A DNA stretch of 64,000 bases from Savitreella phatthalungensis. Lineage: Eukaryota. This document shows positions 51,070-61,723 of this stretch, piece by piece. Numbering within the stretch: the first letter of the stretch is position 1; each line of letters begins with the position of its first letter. The stretch is from contig AP039690.1 in NCBI GenBank assembly GCA_051599415.1, positions 558,001 through 622,000 of the forward strand. Reading direction: 5' to 3'. A model generated the notes under the pieces. That model made no database searches. It was not told the origin of the DNA and saw only the letters and a program-made list of their open reading frames with translations. A program made the translations under genes and the position numbers.

Positions 51070-51308
51070 TCATACTGCCAAGAACTGGATCGCGCGCGTC
51101 GTGCGCTGCTTGTACATAACGCGATGACCACAGGATCTGCATCGAATTACTTCCTTAGGCTGTAGCTGGTTGACAGCGCCGCAGTCCGCACAAAGATAGC
51201 TTGATCTTGGTCAGTATTAAAAAATCCTCGCAGACCTGGGTACGCGTACTTCGTTTTGACTTCGCGTCCATCAGTTTGAGCCGCATATGGGTTTCCGCTG
51301 GTATTCAT
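51070..51308 (-). CDS. RPB12: RNA polymerase I/II/III common subunit Rpb12/Rpc10; intron 51200-51249
   Basis: Hand assembly gives 62 aa, MNTSGNPYAAQTDGREVKTN-YLCADCGAVNQLQPKEVIRCRSCGHRVMYKQRTTRAIQFLAV, with a Zn ribbon. 50-nt GTACGC..TACTGAC..AAG intron. Not in the ORF track. Confidence 0.92.
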
Positions 51309-52054
51309 GGCGTCAAATCCGAGCTCCTTCGCTTGTCAAGCAGTCGTACCGACACGTACGTGACCCTCTTGTCCCCTGAGGTTGTGCCTGCAATGACGAC
51401 CTGGAATTGACCAGCTAGCATCTGCATTGTGACTTTCAGAAAGACGCGCAGACAATAGGTAATGTTAAATTACAAACCATAAGTAAATTTGATGAATCTT
51501 GCATTTCCTACCTCATCTGGCTTTCTGGACACGTGATATATACACGGTATGGTAAGAACGTGAAATTCGCTTTGAAGCTTGCAGACTCGATCGATCAGCC
51601 TCTGAATTGATCGATGGAAGACTGCTTTTGCCGCGAAACCGGCATGCACAGACGAAGCGTATGCGTCCGATAATCGAATCCTCATTTCCACAGCACCATA
51701 AACGCCAAGCTGTGGCGGTCTCGTTGCTGGGCTGCTGCTGAGGCAGCAAAATTATGAACACTGTTTAGTCACCCGGGCTTCGCATCTCGGACAGTTTGGA
51801 CCGGAGCACCGTCTGCCATTGCCATCGTTGGCAGAAGCTCCAGCCGTCAGTTGTGCACGCATCAGATTGGCGTCACTTTTGAGGCAGTGATTCAATACTT
51901 CGTGCGTGGTCCATCCGGAACAGGAATAAATTTGAGTCGCAAGGTGACCCATGGTCTAAAGTCGAGCGCTTCGACGCTCTAGTATCAGCCCAGTATCTGA
52001 CTTGTTAAGACTGAATCATTGGATTCGACAGCGAGAAACTTCGCGCTGCCTACT

Positions 52055-53416
52055 ATGATTTCTGCTATCTTCGTACACAATCTGAAGGGCGACGTGGTCA
52101 TTGCGCGTATGTATCGACATGACCTTAAGCGTTCGGTCGCTGATGCATTTCGGATACAGGTGGTCACGAATCCGGATGCCAGCTTACCGGTCCTCACAAT
52201 TGGATCCACGACATTTCTACACATTCGGCATGACAATCTCTTTTTTGTGGCTGTTACTCGCATCAATGCAGACGTCGCGCTCGTCTTCGAGATGCTCAAT
52301 CGACTGGTTGCTCTGACCACGGGTTTCCTAGGCAAGTGTGATGAAGAGGCTGTGAAGAACAACCTTGTGCTAATTTACGAGCTCCTCGATGAGCTCGTCG
52401 ATTTTGGCTATCCGCAAACTTGCGACATGGATCATCTACGAGCAAGGATCACGTCGCAAGGAGTCAAGATCGAGAAAAGGACCAAGGCCAAGGAACGGCC
52501 AGTATCAACTGATGCATCGGCTCGAGGGGATACGCCTTGGCGAGGCAAAAATATTAAGTATCGCAAGAACGAGACTTTCGTCGATGTTGTGGAAGAAATT
52601 GACGCGCTTGTGGGTGCTGACGGGACTCCGCTGAGAGCCAGCGTAGCAGGTGCTGTGCAAGTGAGGGCATACTTGTCCGGTTCACCCGAATGCCGCCTGG
52701 GTCTGAATGACCGACTAGTCTGGTCCGAACAATTAGGCATCAAAAGGCGACCTGATCGTTCTGCAAGTCCTGATATCGACGATCGTGTCGAAGCCGACGA
52801 CGCGTCACCGACTGGCGTCATCACCTTGGAAGATTGCCAATTCCATCAATGCGTCAGCCTGGAAAGATTCGGTACTGACCGCACGATCAGCTTTGTGCCG
52901 CCTGACGGGGAGTTTGAGCTCATGCGATACCGCGTTCAGGACAGCATTACTCTGCCCTTCCGACTTCATCCTATCGTCAATGAGTTGAGCAGCACAAAGA
53001 TTGAAATTCGCATAGCTGTCAAGGCCAATTTCGAAGCAAATCTGTCTGCCACGGATGTCGTCCTGAGTATCCCTACGCCTGGTAATGCAGCGAACGTGAA
53101 TCTTGTCTCGTCGCAGGGCAAGGCAAAGTGGCAGCCAGCATGCAATGCCATCGAATGGTCAATTAACAAGTTCCCCGGTGGCGCAGAATATGTGCTTTCC
53201 GCGGAGGCTGATCTGGCGGTCATGGTAACGGCAGGATCCAAAGGCTCGAAAGCGTGGGCCAAGCCGCCGATTGCCATGCGCTTCAAGCTCATCATGTTTA
53301 CGGCCAGCGGCCTGGTTGTACGGTATCTGCGCATCAGTGAGCCGCATCTTGGCTACGCCGCTGTTAAGTGGGTGCGCTACTTGACACGCAATGGTAGCTA
53401 TGAGGTGCGCACATAA
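52055..53416 (+). CDS. APM4: AP-2 complex mu subunit
   Basis: N.KG.V.I.R.YR.D..RS.AD.FRIQV, NN.VLIYELLDE..DFGYPQ, IKYRKNE.FVDV.E, FHQCV and MFTASGL.VRYL...KWVRY. Confidence 0.92.
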   Translation: MISAIFVHNLKGDVVIARMYRHDLKRSVADAFRIQVVTNPDASLPVLTIGSTTFLHIRHDNLFFVAVTRINADVALVFEMLNRLVALTTGFLGKCDEEAVKNNLVLIYELLDELVDFGYPQTCDMDHLRARITSQGVKIEKRTKAKERPVSTDASARGDTPWRGKNIKYRKNETFVDVVEEIDALVGADGTPLRASVAGAVQVRAYLSGSPECRLGLNDRLVWSEQLGIKRRPDRSASPDIDDRVEADDASPTGVITLEDCQFHQCVSLERFGTDRTISFVPPDGEFELMRYRVQDSITLPFRLHPIVNELSSTKIEIRIAVKANFEANLSATDVVLSIPTPGNAANVNLVSSQGKAKWQPACNAIEWSINKFPGGAEYVLSAEADLAVMVTAGSKGSKAWAKPPIAMRFKLIMFTASGLVVRYLRISEPHLGYAAVKWVRYLTRNGSYEVRT

Positions 53417-53537
53417 GCAAAGCAACATGCGCAGAGCAGATTTTCACGACAATGACGAATGAAATATAGCGCGACAACCTCAGGGATGCTGTTGTGAAAG
53501 GTCATGAATTTATGTGGATAGTAGCTGTGAATTCCGC

Positions 53538-54305
53538 TTAAAGATCGTCCTTCTCGCGCTTCGAACCTCGGAGAAGACCAGTGCGGCGAGCGGCGATGAG
53601 ACCGACCTTCTGACCGGGGACGGAGTGACGAGCCATTGTTGAAGCCTTACCGATGTGCTGGTGGTTACCACCACCGTGTGGGTGGTCGACTGGGTTCATG
53701 GCAACACCACGAGTGCGTGGCCAGCAATTGCGCTTGACTTTGAACTTGTGGTGTGCACGGCCTGCCTTCAGCATTGGCTTGTCAATACGACCACCACCGG
53801 CGACGACTCCGATCATGCCGCGCGCAGTGGATGGCACGATCTTCTTTGCGCCAGATGGCAATTTCACGCGAGTCTTGCCAGACTCAAGGTCGTGGCCGAT
53901 GACGATGACATAGTTGCCAGAGGTACGACCAAGTGCTCCTCGGTCGCCCATCTTCTCCTCGACGTTCGAGGCAATCGAACCTTCGGGCATGGATCCGAGA
54001 GGCAGCACGTTACCGACATTGAGGGTTGCCTTCTTTCCAGCGTAGATGAACTGACCAGTGTACATACCCTCGTTCGCGATGAAAGTCTCTGTGCGGAGCT
54101 TGTATTTGTAGGGATCGCGGAAGACGACCTTGGCCAAGGGAGCGCCGCGTCCCGGATCGTGGATGATGTCCTTCACGACACCACGCACATATCCGTGACG
54201 TTCTGCATAATCGAGTGTGCGGTGCTGAGCAGCGCCCTTCCTCAGCCGTGTGTGGGCCTTGAAAATGCCGCCAGACTTTCTCTGAGCACGAATGACGCGA
54301 CCCAT
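53538..54305 (-). CDS. RPL2: 60S ribosomal protein L2 (uL2)
   Basis: [10 protein letters not shown]...[10 protein letters not shown]...[21 protein letters not shown]. Confidence 0.98.
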   Translation of the reverse strand: MGRVIRAQRKSGGIFKAHTRLRKGAAQHRTLDYAERHGYVRGVVKDIIHDPGRGAPLAKVVFRDPYKYKLRTETFIANEGMYTGQFIYAGKKATLNVGNVLPLGSMPEGSIASNVEEKMGDRGALGRTSGNYVIVIGHDLESGKTRVKLPSGAKKIVPSTARGMIGVVAGGGRIDKPMLKAGRAHHKFKVKRNCWPRTRGVAMNPVDHPHGGGNHQHIGKASTMARHSVPGQKVGLIAARRTGLLRGSKREKDDL

Positions 54306-55130
54306 ATCTGTCTATGAGGGATGAGTGCAGTTGTCGAGGCCGATATCTTTCAATGCTGGCACAGCGCGTTGCTGTGATGGGTCACGCCGGCTGCTGGTGA
54401 CCAGACACTGGTGGCTCTGTGAGTGAAGGATCAGCTCCAGGCAGGCGATTCAAGGAGCGAATTAGCAAAATCCAATGGTCAAATCTATCAAATTAATCAA
54501 TTGGACACTCTAATGTAGGGTATCGACCCACCGTGAGAAATGTTCGCTCAAAAAGTATAGAGCTTGATGCTGGCTGACTAGGGGTCAAACTCTGGTCGAG
54601 ATAATATATATATGCATAGCTGTGTGTGTGCAGAACTGTTCAAAATTGCCTCTGATGCACAATTACACGATCGAAAATCTGAGCCGAGTCTGGAGCTTTC
54701 TATATAGATATCTGTAAATTAATATATTCCGCTTAGATGCTCGGATGCATAGCGCTCACGTGCACCGAATACCTTTGACAGTACATACTGTACAGTATAT
54801 GATAAGTCGGAGCCGTCTCATGTTCTCCGATCCATTTTATCAATATTCATTCATAATTAATTATAGGCCTTAAGCATACAACCTGATCACAATCCAGTGA
54901 TATCGCTCTTGGCTAGAACTGGTATTTGTATCTACGCGTCTATCTATGGCTATTTATGGTCACGTGGACTTTGTAGGACGGACTGTCTAGCCTTGCAGTC
55001 TGCCTAAATCTCGGGGCCAGCCAAAGGCTACAGGGCGTGGCTTGGCTACCTACCTCAAGCCCGGGCTACCTCAGGCTACCTACGGCTGAACTACCGGATC
55101 ACGTCGGCTCCATAAATCACAACATCTGGC

Positions 55131-56501
55131 ATGTTTGAGAGGCCTGACGCCGTGCCAAATTGCATGACTGATACTGGACGGAACAATGTCCACGGCATGA
55201 CACAGTCTGCTGTTGAGCTTCACAAGGTAGCATTGGGTCTTTGTGAGGCGCTGTCAAGGATTCCTCATCGTCATGTCGCAAGAAGTGGAGTTCGAAGATC
55301 GTGAGTGGTTGCGTCCGAAGTGACCGACAGCCCTGCTGACCGGAAGCCTGTTGACGACTTTAAGAGACTTGCTGATTCTCGACATACGATTCGCAAGCCA
55401 GATCCGGGCAGAGGAGACCTTGCTCTGGGACCATGTCTATCATCGTGTGATCAAGCAGCATCGAACGGATATAGTTTCGGTAAGTGCGGTTACAGACCTG
55501 CGAGACGTCTTTTCCTGACCGTGCAGTTCAGGCATGCGAACGAAATCGAAAAGCCGGTTCAGTTACGGAAGAAGTACAAAGAGCTCTGGGTGCTTCTTAT
55601 GGATTCGATACGATTCTATGAAGACCTCATTTGGCATCTTATCTGCAAGTACTTTCCACACGAGATCTATCAGGTGTCGCGGTTGCTACGAAAGCAACAT
55701 CGCCCTGAGTTGGAGGTGACGCCTGGTTGCACGGATATCGATGACCGCAAGCTTGTATTTCACTTGCTTATGCAGCTGGGAGATCTTTATAGATACCGAC
55801 AACCTGCTCAAATCTCGCGATCACGCCACTCCCTCGAGCAGGCGAGGCGATTTTACTCTGAGGCTCGACGATGGCGGGACGTCAGCGGACTGCCTTTCAA
55901 TGCGCTGGCGGTCATTGCTTCTGATCAATCTCGATGGCTTCACTCTGTATATTACTTTATTCGAGGTGCTTGCGCATACGAAGCTTGTGGAACGGCCCAT
56001 GGTAACCTGGGCATCACCCTGCGTAAACTGAGCAAATTGCGACTCGGCACAGAAGAGAGCAGCTATATGACTCTGCTCCAGAGCTACGCAAGGGTATACG
56101 TGGGGGAGCCGCTTCCGACAACACTGCAGGCATCGCTGGCCGAGACGATGCGGCAGGTCCGAGAACGACACATGCGCTCTCATGATATAACGCTACTAGG
56201 CGTGATCCTCATCGGATTGTTGTTTTTGGCTCGCGCATCGGACTTTGACGGAAGCTCTGTGATTGTGGGGAATTTTGTGTGTTTCACCCGAGATTTCTTT
56301 TCAGCTTGCTTGGCGATTATCGATATCTTTCCGCGGTCGAGTCTTCGGGTTTTAATGGATCTCGCGGTCTCGGCATCGAGCTCAGAACAATCGCTGACTA
56401 TCGATGCAGACGAGCAGGCCAGAATCCTGCGTGAGCTTGATTTGTCTAACTTTGTCCCGCTGGGCGAGCGCTGGGCCATGTATTCACGAATAGCACGATG
56501 A
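55131..56501 (+). CDS. Est1/Ebs1(SMG5/7)-family 14-3-3-like protein; introns 55301-55346 and 55480-55526
   Basis: LGDLYRYR, A..FY..A......G.PFN.LAVIA and VYYF.R. The spliced model restores LLILD..FA.....E..LLW..VY..VI (~425 aa, no PIN domain seen). Confidence 0.8.
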
Positions 56502-56703
56502 CATTCCACATCGCGGCTCACTTTGAGCATTCCGGATAGTACAGTGCAACATATGGCGAAAGTTGTTGAATTACTATCGTGATGTCGTTGATGCCATTCT
56601 TTAAAGCATCTATATTGAAAGAGTGGCGTAGGGGAGGCCTGCTCTTTCATTTTCTTTTCATGGCCGTTGAGGCCGAGCTTACAGATTCAGCTGGGCATTT
56701 CCT

Positions 56704-57744
56704 TTACGCAGAATACTGCTGGCGAGGGTAGGGGAAATTTGGTCCCATGAGCTTGATCGAGAGAGATGCGAGCCAGTGTCCGACCTCAATCGAATCGTCA
56801 AGCGATTTGCCGCTCGCGAGCGCGCCAAGGAAGCCACCGGCAAACGCGTCTCCTGCACCATTTGTATCGACAATCTGGTCAGCTGGCATCTTCTCCACCT
56901 GCTTGACATCCACAGTAGCCCTGTCGGATGATGTGCTCTCTGCACGGGCGACGATGGTGGAGTCCGATCCTTGTGTGATGATGACACAACGTGGACGGTT
57001 TGCATTGACCTTGGAAGAAACGGCAAGCTTTTTGGCAATTTCTGCGATATCGTTCGTATCAATCGAGTGAGATTCAGCATACGCGAGAGCCTCGCTCTCG
57101 TTACCAATCAGGATGTCAACGTAAGGCAGCACGGAGTCCATCTGGTCCTTGAAGAACTGACACAGGAAAGGCGCGGAGAGATTCATGATACAGACTTTGT
57201 TGTTCTCCGTGGCATGCTCACCCAGTGCCTTGATAGCCGGTACACACACGGTCAGGTGGAATCCTCCGATGTAGTAGTATTCCGCACTCTGGACAAGCCT
57301 CCAGATGTTTTCGGATTGCAGATGCTTTTCGCTGTAATTGTTTGCAGCCCCGAGACGAGTGCACATCGAACGGTGTTGATCTTTCAGGATGACGGCACAA
57401 GTGCCCGTTGGTGTGTTCTCGTCAACGAGATACTCGGTTCGGAGGCCCGCCTCCTCGTTTCGAGCGCGGAGCTGATCAGCAAAGGCATCCTTACCAACAC
57501 ACCCAACGTAGATTGTCGAGTCAGCGGGCAAGACGTATTGGGCGCCACGCATAGCATTTTGAGCAGCTCCGCCTGCGGTGTACTCAACGTCGGACTTTGC
57601 CATCACTTCATCATAGATGGCCTCATGTTGTGGCTCGGCGAGGATGGCATCGTTGTCCTTCAGATCGTACTTTGCCAGCAGGGAGCTGTCACGAGTCTGA
57701 AGGTCCAGCAAAGGATTGCCGAGACCAAATACCTTGTAAGACAT
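56704..57744 (-). CDS. ADO1: Adenosine kinase
   Basis: GNPLLD, AGGAAQN..RGAQY, NLSAPF, GNESEA and DTNGAGDAFAGGF (PfkB family). Confidence 0.97.
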   Translation of the reverse strand: MSYKVFGLGNPLLDLQTRDSSLLAKYDLKDNDAILAEPQHEAIYDEVMAKSDVEYTAGGAAQNAMRGAQYVLPADSTIYVGCVGKDAFADQLRARNEEAGLRTEYLVDENTPTGTCAVILKDQHRSMCTRLGAANNYSEKHLQSENIWRLVQSAEYYYIGGFHLTVCVPAIKALGEHATENNKVCIMNLSAPFLCQFFKDQMDSVLPYVDILIGNESEALAYAESHSIDTNDIAEIAKKLAVSSKVNANRPRCVIITQGSDSTIVARAESTSSDRATVDVKQVEKMPADQIVDTNGAGDAFAGGFLGALASGKSLDDSIEVGHWLASLSIKLMGPNFPYPRQQYSA

Positions 57745-58634
57745 GGCTTTCTAATGCAATGTGGGTAAATGTCGCCGGGCTGGGATTCAACTATAGTCTA
57801 TGAAACGTCATGGATGTCCTTGATTTCAGTTATCAATCGGCCAAGGTGTCGAAACAGTCGATCGTCGCTCAGGCAGCCAGTCGAGGAGCTTACCGATTGC
57901 TGAATTGCAACGACGAATTCCATGTCTATTGATCGCTGAATCGAGTCCGTTCGATCAATTATTATGAACTGTTTGATGTCCACTATGACCGCGGTCAGGT
58001 CATGCCGACGTAAGGTACATATGAATTATTTTCACATACTTATTTATGGTCTTAAATGAATCATGCATGATCAGAATACATATCTGTATACATATACTGC
58101 AGTCTATATGAAATCTGTAACTCGAAATTCTTTGCGCGCGCGGGATGCATGTCCACGTGTTTTGAACAGAACATAGATCAGCTGAATTTAGTATCGCATA
58201 AAGTAAATTACCTGCATTCTGACAATCTGCCCGAAAGCTATAATCATAAGGTCATCAACCTCATATTTTCATAAACAAATATAGGTACAATTTCAGCTTT
58301 CCGTCGAGATACAGTGTGATGGCCAGACTGACGTCTTTAGTCCCGTGTCCTCGAAAGAACAATCCACCCTGGCAATGAGCAGCACGGGGTTGTCAACATG
58401 AGAGCGCGACAAATGAGACTCTCAGTCAAGTAGTCAAGCTACTCCGGATCTTGAGTTTCCGATAACGAATCCTACATCGTCTCTCTTCCCTAATCATGCC
58501 ATGCATCGAGAGCCGGGTTTTAGGCACTTTCGTCGCATTCTCGATCATGGGCTCCATGTAATCGGAAGAATCAGAAGAAAAGCCTCTGTCAAGCAGCGGC
58601 ACAAGGGAAGCATAACATCGGATCGTTTTCCGTC

Positions 58635-61600
58635 ATGCCTCCCAATGACATGACCAAAACAATCAAAGAGTTCGACAATCGTCTGACCGGCAATCGCTAT
58701 GAGGAGCTCAAGCTCATCAGAGAGCAGGAGCGCCTTGATGCGATCCGGGGTGGCCTGATCGATGATCCAGACAACAAGCGTCCTCTATCCGAGGCACGAA
58801 CATTTGTTGGTACATGCCAGGACATGTGTCCATTATTCGAGCGCGAACAGCGCGAATACCAAAATGATGTCAACCGCTTCGAAGTCGATCCAGAGACGGG
58901 TCGAATCAGCTCGCGATACGCTGTCAAAGCATTCCATCGCTCAGCCGCAGGTAATGAACAGTCCCTGCCAAGTGACATCCGGCCTCCTGTAGTGCTCGCC
59001 AGAACGCTTGACTATCTGATCGACGAGATTGTCTGCGGTTCCATCCCTTTAGAGGAAACGCATGGCTTCGTGCGTGACCGGACACGGTCGATCAGAACAG
59101 ACTTAACGGTGCAGAATTGCCGCACTCTTGAAGCGATCGAGATCACGGAACGCATAGCTCGTTTCCACATTATAAGCCTGCATCTGCTGAGTGAGGTAGA
59201 AGGGTTCAGTCAACAGCAGGAACTTGAGCAGCTGAGAAAAGCGCTACAGTCGCTGACCGAATACTATGACGACCGCCGTCAACACGGATTTCCTGCTCCG
59301 AACGAGTCAGAATTCAGAGCTTACAATCTGCTATTAAGGCTTCGCGATCCCGATGTTCTGCGACAAGCTGAAGTCTTGCCAGACAAAGTGCTCGACAGTC
59401 CGCCTGTGCAGCGCGCACTCAAGTTGTACAGCTTGTGTCAGCGCAGTAATGAAGAGGTGGGGCGCTTCAAGACTCCCAATGCTCACGGCAGTTTGAATTT
59501 GTCAAGACGCTTCTTCAAGGAGGTACGCAGCGCAGGCACTTCGTACCTCATGGCTTGTTTGTGTGAGTCGTACTTCAGTGATATTAGGAAAGGGGCTCTG
59601 AAGTCGATGCGCAAAGCATATCAGAAACATAGTATCCAGCTTGAAGAATTGCAACACCTGCTACTATACGACACTCTCGATCAAGCGCTCGCTGATTGTC
59701 GTCACTATGGTCTCCCACTCGAAGAGACACCAGGCCGGAATCCGCAATTACTTCTCAACAAGCGATCGAACTTCGACGAGTCTGCGAGCTCCATCGGTCA
59801 GAGCATGACCATGCTCGTAGAGGCGAAGCGCGGGCTCCTGTCACTGGCTGACATTGTCAGAGGCTTGTCCTTGCCAAGGACTGCAGAACGAGGCTCGAAA
59901 GGGATTAATTTCCTCGACACAGATATGCTCACCATAGTTCCCACACCAAGCGAGGCCGTGGGCGCAAACGCCGCTGAGATCGCTTCATCAAATTCACAGC
60001 TGCACCTTCGGACATCTTCTCGGACACAAGCTAGTCTAGAGACGAGTTTGCAGCAAGAGCCCAGTAAGCAACCGATCGCAAGTCTTGAAGCACAGTTTCA
60101 CTACAATGGGGTACAGGCGACGGATACTGGACAAATCAATGTTGTCGACGGCACGAAATCTTCAAACGAAGTGCGTGCCGCGGCCTTGCAGGCGATCGCT
60201 CTTCAAACGGTTGAGCAAGTCATGCGGGATCAATTCGGAAAACTGATCCATGACGCCGTTCTAGCCCGTAGGCACCAACGCGAACAGCTGGCAGCCGCTT
60301 TAAATCGCCTTGTCGACCAAGCAGTTGACGTTGTCCTGCGGCAGGGCCTCGCGAATCAAGTTCGCGAAGCGCTTGCACGCCGCTTCCACAGGCAGACTTT
60401 GCTCCGCCGATGCTTTCGCTATATCACTCATGCGCTAGACACCATTCGACGTCAGGCCATTGAGGAACAAGCTAGGTTGGAGGATGAAAACCGATTAGAG
60501 GAACAGTATCGAGATGTTTTACGCACCTTGACCGTGGACGAAGACTCAACATCACGGCCGCCCAAGCGCCAACGTGTCTCCATTTCAAGCGTCCTGCCGA
60601 CTTCTGCTAGGCTTGTGGAGCACGCAGAGCAGATGCGCAGTGCTTTGTGGCAGCCTTTGCAATTCTCACATTTTGATTTGCCACCGCTAAATCTGCTCCA
60701 AGGGACGCCCGTGATCCGGCTGGATGCCGACGCAAACTCACCGCCGGCGGTGCTCGAATGGCTATACTGTAAGTTCGGGCTCTTAGAGGAGAAGAAGACT
60801 ACTCTCAAGTGCATTGGAGACACAGAGGTACAGATTGCAGAGAGGCGGTATTTTACCGAGGACTCGCCGACGAGAGACGTCCTGGGACTTGTCTGGTTAA
60901 TCATTGGTTCGACACAGCAAGCCCTCCTGCCTAAAGCGGCTGATTTGTTGAGTGCAATCAAGGAGATTGCAAGCATATCGACACGCAAGTTTCCAGTGCT
61001 TGTCGTTGCATTGTCGTCGATGACGCAAGCAGAGGTCTCCGAGGCCATCAAACGCGACGAGATGGTTCAGGATATTAATTCGCCCATCTCAGCGATGATC
61101 GTGCTTGTCGTGGAAAGTCCAGACGACGCCATAGGCTTGAATCAAGCATTCCAGCAGATGCTAAATTTTTGCACTGATTCAGTGAACCCACAGGCACATG
61201 CTCGTGTCCTTATGCGTGAACGCTTGAAGCGACGCAAGCTGGAGCGTGAGCGCCTCACGCAAGCTCAAGCGAGAGCTCACAAGAGACCTTTACGCAATTC
61301 TTTCTTCGCTACCGGCGTGGTCAGTCCTCGCTCTCTTGCGCAATGCCAAGGTATTCAGAGCGGCCAAACTTCGCCATTACGCCCTGATGAAGGACAGTCG
61401 AGCCTCATTAGCTCGAATATTTGGCGTTTCCAGCAGAACTTGCCATCGTCCACGGCGGCTCTTGGATTATCTTCCATGAAACAGTTCACTTACAGCCGAC
61501 CTGCTGAACTTCACATGTCCTTCGGCGTCGCGCGTGTTTGGCAAGATGACACGTCCTCGAATCAGCAAGACAAATCTACGTCCACAAGCCACCGCTTGCT

Positions 61601-61664
61601 ATTAGAACAACTCGAACACGCGCATGAGCTATTGTCACGGCGCGTTCCAGACTCTGTATCATAG
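58635..61664 (+). CDS. SAC3: Sac3/GANP mRNA export factor (TREX-2); true start may be further upstream
   Basis: GLIDDP....L..A..FVGTC.DMCP.FER, AVKAF.RSAAG, DIRPP.VL..TLDYL, F.RDRTRSIR.D.T.QN and NE.EFRAY.LL. Confidence 0.92.
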   Translation: MPPNDMTKTIKEFDNRLTGNRYEELKLIREQERLDAIRGGLIDDPDNKRPLSEARTFVGTCQDMCPLFEREQREYQNDVNRFEVDPETGRISSRYAVKAFHRSAAGNEQSLPSDIRPPVVLARTLDYLIDEIVCGSIPLEETHGFVRDRTRSIRTDLTVQNCRTLEAIEITERIARFHIISLHLLSEVEGFSQQQELEQLRKALQSLTEYYDDRRQHGFPAPNESEFRAYNLLLRLRDPDVLRQAEVLPDKVLDSPPVQRALKLYSLCQRSNEEVGRFKTPNAHGSLNLSRRFFKEVRSAGTSYLMACLCESYFSDIRKGALKSMRKAYQKHSIQLEELQHLLLYDTLDQALADCRHYGLPLEETPGRNPQLLLNKRSNFDESASSIGQSMTMLVEAKRGLLSLADIVRGLSLPRTAERGSKGINFLDTDMLTIVPTPSEAVGANAAEIASSNSQLHLRTSSRTQASLETSLQQEPSKQPIASLEAQFHYNGVQATDTGQINVVDGTKSSNEVRAAALQAIALQTVEQVMRDQFGKLIHDAVLARRHQREQLAAALNRLVDQAVDVVLRQGLANQVREALARRFHRQTLLRRCFRYITHALDTIRRQAIEEQARLEDENRLEEQYRDVLRTLTVDEDSTSRPPKRQRVSISSVLPTSARLVEHAEQMRSALWQPLQFSHFDLPPLNLLQGTPVIRLDADANSPPAVLEWLYCKFGLLEEKKTTLKCIGDTEVQIAERRYFTEDSPTRDVLGLVWLIIGSTQQALLPKAADLLSAIKEIASISTRKFPVLVVALSSMTQAEVSEAIKRDEMVQDINSPISAMIVLVVESPDDAIGLNQAFQQMLNFCTDSVNPQAHARVLMRERLKRRKLERERLTQAQARAHKRPLRNSFFATGVVSPRSLAQCQGIQSGQTSPLRPDEGQSSLISSNIWRFQQNLPSSTAALGLSSMKQFTYSRPAELHMSFGVARVWQDDTSSNQQDKSTSTSHRLLLEQLEHAHELLSRRVPDSVS

Positions 61665-61723
61665 ACGCATTGCATGGGCATAGCTCAATCCCGGTTGTTG
61701 ACCGGCTATTTGTACAATTGGAT

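Noticed and set aside
1..53416. AP-2 beta and mu, or SEC61/myosin V/SEC8, as a functional trafficking cluster
   Set aside because: The genes are separated by many unrelated genes; chance co-location is adequate.
54306..55020. snoRNA or telomerase RNA upstream of RPL2 / next to the EST1-like gene
   Set aside because: I found no convincing C/D or H/ACA boxes and no telomeric template by eye; a covariance-model search would be needed.
53655..57768. Long antisense ORFs over RPL2 (53655-54317) and ADO1 (56971-57768)
   Set aside because: Typical antisense shadows of highly expressed genes.
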